Positions 50,972 to 61,367 of a DNA stretch of 61,367 nt are shown piece after piece. This DNA is from Octopus bimaculoides (Eukaryota): positions 84,565,415 to 84,626,781 of the forward strand of contig NC_068989.1 in assembly GCF_001194135.2 (NCBI RefSeq), given 5' to 3'. Within the stretch, counting starts at the first letter, position 1. Every line of letters begins with the position of its first letter. The notes below the pieces were generated by a model. The model was not told the DNA's origin, ran no database searches, and saw only the letters and a program-made list of their open reading frames with translations. A program made the translations under genes and the position numbers.

Positions 50972-51581
50972 NNNNNNNNNNNNNNNNNNNNNNNNNNNNN
51001 NNNNNNNNNNNNNNNNNNNNNNNNNNNNNNNNNNNNNNNNNNNNNNNNNNNNNNNNNNNNNNNNNNNNNNNNNNNNNNNNNNNNNNNNNNNNNNNNNNNN
51101 NNNNNNNNNNNNNNNNNNNNNNNNNNNNNNNNNNNNNNNNNNNNNNNNNNNNNNNNNNNNNNNNNNNNNNNNNNNNNNNNNNNNNNNNNNNNNNNNNNNN
51201 NNNNNNNNNNNNNNNNNNNNNNNNNNNNNNNNNNNNNNNNNNNNNNNNNNNNNNNNNNNNNNNNNNNNNNNNNNNNNNNNNNNNNNNNNNNNNNNNNNNN
51301 NNNNNNNNNNNNNNNNNNNNNNNNNNNNNNNNNNNNNNNNNNNNNNNNNNNNNNNNNNNNNNNNNNNNNNNNNNNNNNNNNNNNNNNNNNNNNNNNNNNN
51401 NNNNNNNNNNNNNNNNNNNNNNNNNNNNNNNNNNNNNNNNNNNNNNNNNNNNNNNNNNNNNNNNNNNNNNNNNNNNNNNNNNNNNNNNNNNNNNNNNNNN
51501 NNNNNNNNNNNNNNNNNNNNNNNNNNNNNNNNNNNNNNNNNNNNNNNNNNNNNNNNNNNNNNNNNNNNNNNNNNNNNNNNN

Positions 51582-52320
51582 ATTCTTTGTAAGCCTAGTA
51601 CTTATTCTATTGGTTCTCTTTTGCCGAACTGCTAAGTTACGGGAACGTAAACACACCAGCATCGGCTGTCAAGTGATGGTGGGGGGACAAACACAGACAC
51701 ACAAACACACACACACATATATATATATATATACATATATACAACAGGCTTCTTTCAGTTTCCGTCAACCAAATCCACTCACAAGGCTTTGGTTGGCCCG
51801 AGGCTATAGTAGAAGACACTTGCCCAAGGTGCCACGCAGTGGGACTGAACCTGGAACCATGTGGTTGGTAAGCAAGCTGCTTACCACACAGCCACTCCTG
51901 TGCCTGGTAACAATGTGTTCATAACTGTTCATTGATATGGGGGTGTCTTGATATGTACCCCATAAATCAGAAATACCTGGACGTTATAAATCCTTTCATC
52001 CTTTACGTGTTTCAGTCTAGTCTGTGACCATTCTGGGGCACCGCCTTAACGGGTTTACTTGAACAAATCAATCCTAATACTTATTTTGTGTTTTTTTAAT
52101 CTTGGTGCATATTTTATCGATATCCTTTGTTGAACTGCTAAGTTATGAGGATGTAAACAAACAAACAGCAGTTGTCAAGTGGTGGTGGGGGAGATAAATA
52201 CACATGCACACGTACAATGGGCTTCTTTCAGTTTCTTGTCTACACACCAGGGTGCTCGTAGTGGGACTGAACCCAGAACCATGTGGTTGGGAAGCAAACG
52301 TCATTACCGCAAAGCACGTT
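51582..52320 (-). mobile_element. Two SINE D copies (51582-51903; ~52000-52320 decayed)
   Basis: Reverse complement of the D consensus. Confidence 0.85.
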
Positions 52321-52593
52321 TGGAAACATGGATTTGTAGTCACATGCATACATATATACATGTGTGTGTATAGACATATATAATTATATTCATACATATT
52401 TGTCAGTTTAATATGTATGAATAATATTAGATAGTCTATGTAGAACAGGTGTGAATGTAGTTACATACCTGTTAATGAAGGCTATTGTTTGTGAACTAAA
52501 ATTATAATTGTTCAGGAGGGAAACTGTTTAAATTCTCATGTTTTAGTCATACTGACTACCCTGACTCTTTTGTTTTAGTATATATACATATAT

Positions 52594-52626
<33 letters not shown>

Positions 52627-52805
52627 NNNNNNNNNNNNNNNNNNNNNNNNNNNNNNNNNNNNNNNNNNNNNNNNNNNNNNNNNNNNNNNNNNNNNNNNNN
52701 NNNNNNNNNNNNNNNNNNNNNNNNNNNNNNNNNNNNNNNNNNNNNNNNNNNNNNNNNNNNNNNNNNNNNNNNNNNNNNNNNNNNNNNNNNNNNNNNNNNN
52801 NNNNN

Positions 52806-53200
52806 TACATATATTCTTTTATGTGTTTCAGTCACTTGACTGGTGCCATGCTGGAGCACCGCCTTTAGTCGAACAAATCAACCCGAGGACTTTTTTTTGT
52901 GAGCCTAGTATTTATCTTATCAGTCTCTTTTGTCGAACCACTAAGTTACGGGGATATAAACACACCAACATCGGTTATCAAGCGATGATGAGAGGGGACT
53001 AACACAGACACAAAAACATATACACACACCGATGTTGGTGTGTTTACATCCCCGTAACTTAGTGGATCGACAAAAGAGATTGATAAGATAAGTAATAGGC
53101 TCACAAAAAATAAGTCCTGGGGTTGATTTGTTTGACTAAAGGCGGTGCTCCAGCATGGCACCAGTCAAGTGACTGAAACACATAAAAGAATATATATGTA
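52806..53200. repeat. Fold-back (inverted) duplication of the 3' half of a SINE D
   Basis: Arms 52806-52975 and 53028-53200 are ~95% reverse-complementary, with a 52-nt spacer. Confidence 0.9.
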
Positions 53201-54199
53201 TATGTATATATACATATATATACATATATATATACATATCGTTGCTATTATTTTAAACTGTCGTATGTCCAAATTTGGCCAAATGTGTTCCTTTTTCAAT
53301 GCTTAATTTTGCTTTTGCATAATAGCAACGATGGATGTACATCATCATCATCTATGTAACTAAGGTTCTGTGTCTAGGTGTGTGTGTGGTTGTCTGTGTG
53401 TAATTGCGATTGTGGTAGCTGGATTCTCTAAACTGGTTTTGTTTTTATTTGCTCTCTGGTTTCTTACACAAACACAAAGCCAAAAATATGTCACACTCTG
53501 GTTATATCAAGCACTCTAACCCCAGTATATGACTGATACTTATTCAATAGAGGCTCATTACACTGAAGAGCCTGTATTATTGCGTTAAGAAAAGCAGTTG
53601 GTTGAATCCATTCATCATCATCATCATTTAACGTCCATTTTCCATGCTGGCATGGGTTGGATGATTTGACTGGAGGCCACACCAGGCTCCAATCTGATCT
53701 GGCAATGTCCCTACAGCTGGATGCCCTTCCTAATGCCAACCACTCTGAGAGTGTAGCGGGTGCTTTTTACATGCTACCAGCACAGGAGCCAGTTTGGGGG
53801 ATTGGGGGGGGGGGCTGGTATCAACTATGGATGGTGCTTTTTATGTGCCACTGGCATGGGGAGCCTCTCACGTGGTTCTTGGGCAAAATAATTCATTTCA
53901 TGTTGCTCTGCAATCATTTTGACATCTGACATGTGGCACCTGTACAAGTAATGTCAATTTGATGGAGAGACTGAACTTATGTAAACACAAGCATTTGATC
54001 AACATGAACAAGTCACCTGTGTGGTTATCCAGCAAGAAATTGCTGTTCACTCATCAGTTATCTAACAACGTGTGTGTGTGTGTGTGTGTGTGTGTGAGTA
54101 ACTGGATTCTTTCAGTTGCTCTTTGCTAAATCCTCTTGCAAAGATTTGGTCAGCCCAGAGCTATAGTATATACATACTTGTGTGCAGGTGTGTATATTC

Positions 54200-54407
54200 T
54201 TTTATTCTTTTACTTGTTTCAGTCATTTGACTGTGGCCATACTGGGGCACCACCTTTAGTCGAACAAATTGACCCCAGGACTTATTCTTCGTAAGCCTAG
54301 TACTTATTCTATCAGACCTTTTTGCTGAACCGCTAAGTTACAAGGGACGTAAACACACCAACATCAGTTGTCAAGTGATGGTGGGGGGACAAACACACAC
54401 ACCAATA

Positions 54408-54446
<39 letters not shown>

Positions 54447-54595
54447 CAGGCTTCTTTCAGTTTCTGTCTACCAAATCCATTCACAAGGCTTTGGTCAGCC
54501 CGAGGCTATAGTAGAGGATACTTACCCAAGGTGCAATACAGTGGGACTAAACCTAGAACCATGTGATTAGGAAGCAATCTTCTTAACCACAGTTA
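54200..54595 (-). mobile_element. SINE family D, full length
   Basis: Reverse complement of the D consensus. Confidence 0.9.
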
Positions 54596-54639
54596 ATGCT
54601 ATGCCAAATTATATCAGAAATTATGTTTCATATTCAACC

Positions 54640-55445
54640 AAAAAATAAGATGCATTGAAGTTTAGATTAAAAAAATTTTAGTTTGAAATTTGAAGTGCAT
54701 GACGGCTTTACAAATTTGTCTTGAATCTTCAAAGGGAAAAATGATTCACCTGTTCCATTGATAATGTGAATAAGATTTAAACTAAATCTAATTTACAGCT
54801 GTCCATGTCTGCTACAAAATATTTGCAGAACTGTTTTTTTTTTCTTTTTCTTTTTCATTCATACCAAAATGCTCAATTATGAACTGTTTAATTGAATTAT
54901 AAATGAAATTATTTTCACAGACAAAATTATCAGAACACATGGAAATATTGCAAATTTATCATTTTGTCCTGGCATCTTTCCAAACGCTTATGTTTTCATG
55001 AACAATTTCAGTTATACTTTTTGAAGTAAAAATGTTTGAGCTCTTGCCACTGGAGAAGATATTTTAAGTTCATAAAACACCTCAAATACATCCGAGACAA
55101 ACAGTATAATTTTCAAAGCCAGTTCTTATCATGGAAGAATTCTTCAAGATGTACATCCTTTTCTGATAAAAACAGCATTACTTGATAATTTAAGTCCACT
55201 AGTCCTCTCAATACACATCTCTGATAATCATTGCATTTCTGTCTGCAGTAAATGTTTGCTCAACTCAGACCTTATATCCTGACAGATTTGTGAATAGACT
55301 GCTATTCAGTGTATGGCTTTCAATGAAGGTGATAAATTTCATCCACATCTTCTATAATTGCTGTTACTTCTCAGTATTTTTTCCCCATCACAAATGCCTC
55401 TTGGTGTATCGTGCAATGTGTGAACCTAGAAAATGCATTGCATAC
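54640..55445 (-). pseudogene. hAT (Buster/Charlie/SPIN-like) transposase remnant
   Basis: Minus-strand pieces THCTIHQEAF (~55392-55423), HLLQTEMQ*LSE (cf. LL.HTEVRWLSR) and FFHDKNWL*KL../LSDVFE; multiple stops and frameshifts. Confidence 0.8.
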
Positions 55446-55446
55446 A

Positions 55447-55760
55447 GGTCGTTTAGCATTCAGATTACTCTGTCAGATGTAATTTTCATTTATTTACATT
55501 GTTTTGAATAAATAATGTATTGTCTTGTTCAAAATCCGCCATGGTTGACTTTGCCTTTCATCCTTTCGGGGGTTGATAAATTAAGTACCAGTTGCGTACT
55601 GGGTTTGATCAAATCGACTGCCCCCCCCCTCCTCCAAAATTTCAGGCCTTGTGCCTAGAGTAGAAAAGAATAATGTATTGTCTCGTCGCTTTTAGATTTC
55701 TATGATGTGATTGCTTATTTTTAGAATGACCTTGTAGAGTAGGTGTGAGAGGCCAAATGT
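55447..55760. mobile_element. piggyBac-type MITE family (tttagcattcagattactc...), partial copies also at 15990-16115 and 49860-49995
   Basis: Three mutually alignable fragments; ends of the form TTAAccctttagcatt / aatgctaaagggTTAA. Confidence 0.7.
55530..55669 (+). mobile_element. 5'-truncated SINE C inserted in a piggyBac-type MITE
   Basis: Flanked by a direct repeat aataatgtattgtct (~15-bp TSD). Confidence 0.85.
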
Positions 55761-55957
55761 GGTTGGGAAGCAAACTTCTAACAATACAGCCATGCCAGTA
55801 CCTATTAAGAGAATAGTTTTCTTCTGTGTATATTTCAAGAATATTTTACTTGCTGAGAGTAAATGACTCAATAAAGGACTCGAAAAATATTTGAACATTT
55901 TCCCTGAAAGTTCCCCAAGTAGTTAGTTCTAGTTTTGGTTTCAGATACATCCTGTAG

Positions 55958-56277
55958 GTGCACTGGGATACTTCTGGGGGTCTCAGGGTGTTTCGGGTCT
56001 TTCATCATCAGATCCCCCTCACTTAGTGGGGTCTGTGGGTGCACTGGGATGTTTCTGGGGCTTCCGGGTATTTCAGGTCTTTCAAAATCAGATCCCCCAC
56101 ACCTAGTGGGGTCTGTGGGTGCACTGGGATGTTTCTGGGGCCTCCGGGTATTTCAGGACTTTCAAAATCAGATCCCCCTCACCTAGTGAGGTCTGTGGGT
56201 GCACTGCAATGTTTCTGGGGTCTCTGGGTGTTTTGGATCTTTCAACATCAGCTGCCGCTCACCTCGTGGGGTCTGAT
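55958..56277. repeat. 80-bp minisatellite, ~4 units
   Basis: gtgcactg starts at 55958, 56039, 56119, 56199. Confidence 0.92.
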
Positions 56278-56719
56278 ATGGGATCTTTTTAACAAGCATC
56301 ACCACCACCATGGTCAATAAATAAGTTTATAGACTAGCAATTAAAACCACTAGTTACTATTAATACTACTGGTACTAGAGATTAGTTGTTTATACTCATT
56401 TTATCTGTGGGGGGTGGTAGTAGTTGTGGTGGTGGTGGTGGTGGTGGTGGTGTGTACGGAGACTGTGACACTGTGTGTGTTTGTGTGACTCTGTATGTGT
56501 GTGTGTATGTCAGTAGTGTATGCTTGTGTGTGTCACTGTATATGATGGCATGTATGTGTGTGTGTGTGTGAATTCTTTGCTGAGTCATTACAAGTGCTTC
56601 TTCAACAAGAAGCAGCTGAAACTGTCTCACTAAGTCACTCCACAGATGAAGACTGGGATGAAGACAATGATGGGGTGGAGGTGGGTTGTGGAGTTATGGT
56701 GGGGGTGGGGGTGGAGTGG

Positions 56720-57195
56720 TGAGGATGACAATAGTGATGATTGTGGTGGTAGTGCGGATGATGCTGATGTTGAAGACAATGGTCGTGATGATGAGGATGA
56801 TTGTAACAGAGGTGGTGGTGGTGATGGTGAAGACAATGATGGTGGTGGTGGTGGTTATAATGATGGTGTAGATGATGATGATGATGATGAAGACAATAAT
56901 AATGGTGGTGGTGATGGTGATAATGATGCTGGTGTGGATGATGATGATGAAGAAGACAATGATAATGGTGGTGGTGATAATGATGCTGGTGTAGATGAAG
57001 ACAATGATGTAGGTGGTGGTGGTGGTTATAATAATATTGGTGTAAATGATGATGATGAAGACAATGATAATGGTGATGTTGGTGGCAGTGGTGGTGATAA
57101 TGATGCTGGTGTAGATGATGATGATGATGATGACGATGAAGACAATAATAATGGTGGTGCTGCTGCTGATGGTGATAATGGTGTTGGTATTGATG
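56720..57195 (+). repeat. Compound trinucleotide (GAT/GGT/AAT) minisatellite with a higher-order unit
   Basis: Recurring gaagacaatRat...ggtggtggt...gataatgatgctggtgtagatgat. Confidence 0.85.
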
Positions 57196-57503
57196 AGTCA
57201 GTGCATTTGTGGCCCAAATATGATGAATCTTGCACCTAATGTCTTTTACATTACCAGTGTTTCAAGACTGCCGCCAACCACTAATGTTTTTTTTTTTTTA
57301 TTCCTCTGTTCTTATTTGTTCACCTTATTTCTCTGAGAAATCTCCATATTATTCCACCGACAACCTTCCTTTCATCTAAGCCCCCCCCCATCTCCAAACT
57401 CCACTCCATCCTTGCCCATTCCCTCTAACCATGCACTTACAAGGCTGTAGGTCTTTTCATTCTCCGTCTGTATGTGTATGTATGCATGCATGAGTGGTCT
57501 TAT

Positions 57504-57567
<64 letters not shown>

Positions 57568-59070
57568 NNNNNNNNNNNNNNNNNNNNNNNNNNNNNNNNN
57601 NNNNNNNNNNNNNNNNNNNNNNNNNNNNNNNNNNNNNNNNNNNNNNNNNNNNNNNNNNNNNNNNNNNNNNNNNNNNNNNNNNNNNNNNNNNNNNNNNNNN
57701 NNNNNNNNNNNNNNNNNNNNNNNNNNNNNNNNNNNNNNNNNNNNNNNNNNNNNNNNNNNNNNNNNNNNNNNNNNNNNNNNNNNNNNNNNNNNNNNNNNNN
57801 NNNNNNNNNNNNTATATATATATATATACATATATATATGATGGGCTTCTTTCCGTTTCCATCTACCAGGTGGTTCGTCGAGGGATTACTGTATATATAG
57901 TTATGGCTGCATCCCCTGGTGGAGAGGATTGTCCTACAAGAGTCCTGTGCTAGTACTACATAAAAGTACTTGTGCTGGTGCCACATTAAATGCACACAGC
58001 ACACACTGTGAAGTGGTTGGCATTAGGAAGGGCATCCAGCTGTAGAAACCAAGCCAAATCGGACTGGAACATGGCACAGCTCTCTAGCCTGCCAGCTCTG
58101 GTCAAACCGTCCAACCCATGCCAGCATGGATAAACAGACTTAAAGGATGATGATGATAGTTGACTGGTGTTGAGCAATAGCCAGCAGCCACTTGGATGCT
58201 GATTGTACCATGTGATATGAACCAGCCAATGAGAATGAGCCCCAGTCAGCATCCAATGGCAATTAGTTTTCATTTTGATCTAGTGACTGCTTTGACACTA
58301 ACAATTAAGCATCCAAACGATCAGATTGGATTATGTATTTTTATTAATTTTCCCTTTGTTTTTATATGCCATGCTTCACGTATGATTTTGTATTATCCAT
58401 GAGAGCAAAGGAACAAGCTGATGAGACGAGAATTCCCCAGTGATGAAGATGGCAATGGTTGTTCATGTTGTGACGAGGAGCAACAGTAGTGATCATATTG
58501 ACGATGACGGTGCTGTTTGTTTTGAATCTGATTACAATGGGTGATGTTGGTGATGATAACGATGCTGAGGAAATGATAATTATTTTGTCATCTGCAAAAG
58601 AGAAATTGTGTAGTTATTAATGTTGTTTTAAATTTCTTCCTCTCCCACCACCACCACCACCACCACCATCATCGCCATCATCATCATCACCATAACCATC
58701 ATTCCATCACAGTCACTTATACCATCATCATCATCATCGCCACTATTGTTGTTGCTGTTGTTATTAAAGAGATTGTAAAACTTCATTGTGTAATGGTGAC
58801 TTCATGCTCAAATTAGTCTCTCTTTCTCTCTCTCTCTCTCTCTCTCCCCATCTCTCTCTCTCCCCCCTCTCTCTCTCCCCCCCTCTCTACTTCCTCACTC
58901 TTTCGCTCACCTCAAAGACATATACAGAAATCTGAAGACAATTACAAGACGAAAAAAACACTTCCTCTTTCTCCCTCTCCCCATTTTAAACTTATTTTGT
59001 TAATTATTTTTTTGCTAATGTTTTCTTCATTTTTATGTATTTATTTATTTATTTATTTATTTATTGCTGC

Positions 59071-59953
59071 NNNNNNNNNNNNNNNNNNNNNNNNNNNNNN
59101 NNNNNNNNNNNNNNNNNNNNNNNNNNNNNNNNNNNNNNNNNNNNNNNNNNNNNNNNNNNNNNNNNNNNNNNNNNNNNNNNNNNNNNNNNNNNNNNNNNNN
59201 NNNNNNNNNNNNNNNNNNNNNNNNNNNNNNNNNNNNNNNNNNNNNNNNNNNNNNNNNNNNNNNNNNNNNNNNNNNNNNNNNNNNNNNNNNNNNNNNNNNN
59301 NNNNNNNNNNNNNNNNNNNNNNNNNNNNNNNNNNNNNNNNNNNNNNNNNNNNNNNNNNNNNNNNNNNNNNNNNNNNNNNNNNNNNNNNNNNNNNNNNNNN
59401 NNNNNNNNNNNNNNNNNNNNNNNNNNNNNNNNNNNNNNNNNNNNNNNNNNNNNNNNNNNNNNNNNNNNNNNNNNNNNNNNNNNNNNNNNNNNNNNNNNNN
59501 NNNNNNNNNNNNNNNNNNNNNNNNNNNNNNNNNNNNNNNNNNNNNNNNNNNNNNNNNNNNNNNNNNNNNNNNNNNNNNNNNNNNNNNNNNNNNNNNNNNN
59601 NNNNNNNNNNNNNNNNNNNNNNNNNNNNNNNNNNNNNNNNNNNNNNNNNNNNNNNNNNNNNNNNNNNNNNNNNNNNNNNNNNNNNNNNNNNNNNNNNNNN
59701 NNNNNNNNNNNNNNNNNNNNNNNNNNNNNNNNNNNNNNNNNNNNNNNNNNNNNNNNNNNNNNNNNNNNNNNNNNNNNNNNNNNNNNNNNNNNNNNNNNNN
59801 NNNNNNNNNNNNNNNNNNNNNNNNNNNNNNNNNNNNNNNNNNNNNNNNNNNNNNNNNNNNNNNNNNNNNNNNNNNNNNNNNNNNNNNNNNNNNNNNNNNN
59901 NNNNNNNNNNNNNNNNNNNNNNNNNNNNNNNNNNNNNNNNNNNNNNNNNNNNN
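59071..59953. other. Largest of 14 assembly gaps (N runs)
   Basis: Gaps at ~2829, 4090, 5181, 7902, 10011, 30679, 31647, 34667, 41397, 47439, 50972, 52627, 57568, 59071; most abut microsatellites. Exons could be hidden in them. Confidence 0.98.
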
Positions 59954-60005
59954 NCAACAACTACAATCTTCGCTCTCTCTCAATAAAAACAACAACAACT
60001 GTAAC

Positions 60006-60051
<46 letters not shown>

Positions 60052-60164
60052 GTTTCAAATTTTGGCACAAAGCCAGTCAGCAATTTCAGGGCAGGGGTTA
60101 AAGTTGATTGCATGAACCCCAGTATTCAACTGGTACTTATAATATTAATAATAATAATAATATT

Positions 60165-60328
60165 AGTCGAACAAATCGACTCCAAGACTTGTTCTTTGTA
60201 AGCCTAGTACTGATTCTATTGGTCTCTTTTGCAGAACCGCTAAGTTATGGGGATGTAAACACACCAACATCGGTTGTCAAATGATGGTGGAGGTGCAAAC
60301 ACAGATACACCAACACACAAACACACAC

Positions 60329-60369
<41 letters not shown>

Positions 60370-60530
60370 ACAGGCTTCTTCCAGTTTCTGTCTACCAAAT
60401 CCACTCACAAGGCTTTGGTCGGTCCGAGGCTATAGTAGAAGACATTTGCCCAAGGTGCCACGCAGTGGAACTGAAAACCCAGAACCATGTGGCTGGTAAG
60501 CAAGTTACTTACCACACAGCCACTCCTGCA
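60165..60530 (-). mobile_element. SINE family D, full length
   Basis: Reverse complement of the D consensus. Confidence 0.9.
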
Positions 60531-61168
60531 TATATATATCTTTTAAATTTGTTTATGGTAATGCTAAGGGTATGGCAGATAAAGCTCCTATTTCATTGTG
60601 TCAGCTATTGTCTAATGTTACTGAATAGTGAGTCAGTTTTTTGGGGGTTGCATCATGGTTATACCGATCTAATGTATGCCAAGGAATTGGATTCTGATGT
60701 TGAAGTCATGTGATTTGTGGAAACGTGCATAGCAATGTATTAAATATTTATGAATTCCATCCCAGAATTATTGTTATTATTATAATGTCCATCTACTTCC
60801 GGTCATTTCAAAAATGTAACTACATGTCAACTGTTGGCAATTTTTTCGTTCCTCCTTCTTCCTTTTCTTTTGGACTTTCCTATGTCTCCTGTTTCCAAAG
60901 AAGAGCTTTGCCCGAAACATAAAACAACCACTCTTTCTTTCCTTCTCTGAGTGTCTCATTAATACTTCGCATGTACTACGTCCTTGTGTTGTTGTCTTTT
61001 TCTCTCTGTTTTTATTTATTTTTTTATTTTTTTAGTCGACAGATGAGATCTAGAGATGCTTAATATAGAAAACATGTAGTTGTGCTTAAATCACGTTGAT
61101 CAGCATCACTATCTCTCTCCCTCTTATGTATATATATGAAATATATATATATATAGAGAGAGAGATAA

Positions 61169-61199
<31 letters not shown>

Positions 61200-61311
61200 G
61201 ATAGATAGATACATACATACATACATAGATATGTGTATGCTTGTATGTATATATATAGAGAGAGAGAGACAGATAGATAGATAGATAGTTAGATAGATAT
61301 GTGTATGTATG

Positions 61312-61367
<56 letters not shown>

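Noticed and set aside
55958-56277. CRISPR-like array
   Set aside because: The whole 80-bp unit repeats with no unique spacers, and the context is eukaryotic.

Overview
Repeat-saturated eukaryotic DNA, almost certainly from an octopus (inferred from the tRNA-derived SINE families, dense (TA)n/(CA)n/(AAT)n/(CAT)n microsatellites and 14 scaffold gaps). There are no prokaryotic features. Only one host coding exon is well supported: 4683-4800 (+), with a strong acceptor and a GTAAGT donor. It encodes MDEDDYKSASDVEVDSDNDDHDAEHELGNWLGQFDSHKM, which aligns without gaps to the N-terminus of lamellipodin/RAPH1 (MRL family). The rest looks intronic or intergenic. It holds at least six SINE-like families, piggyBac-, hAT- and Merlin-type MITEs, and decayed mariner, hAT, RTE and CR1/L2-type coding remnants. 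The most interesting signals are five: (1) several hammerhead-ribozyme (HHR) motifs, in a tRNA-headed SINE-like family and in fold-back palindromic mini-elements, one with an intact core on the minus strand; (2) a Merlin-type MITE filled with telomere-like (CCCTAA)n; (3) a recent ~380-bp inverted duplication 13 kb apart; (4) a local fold-back duplication of a SINE half; (5) a candidate structured RNA at ~45.9 kb. All alignments, folds and family names were done by eye or from memory and need computational confirmation. Repeat boundaries are approximate (about +/-10-20 nt) unless a TSD is quoted.
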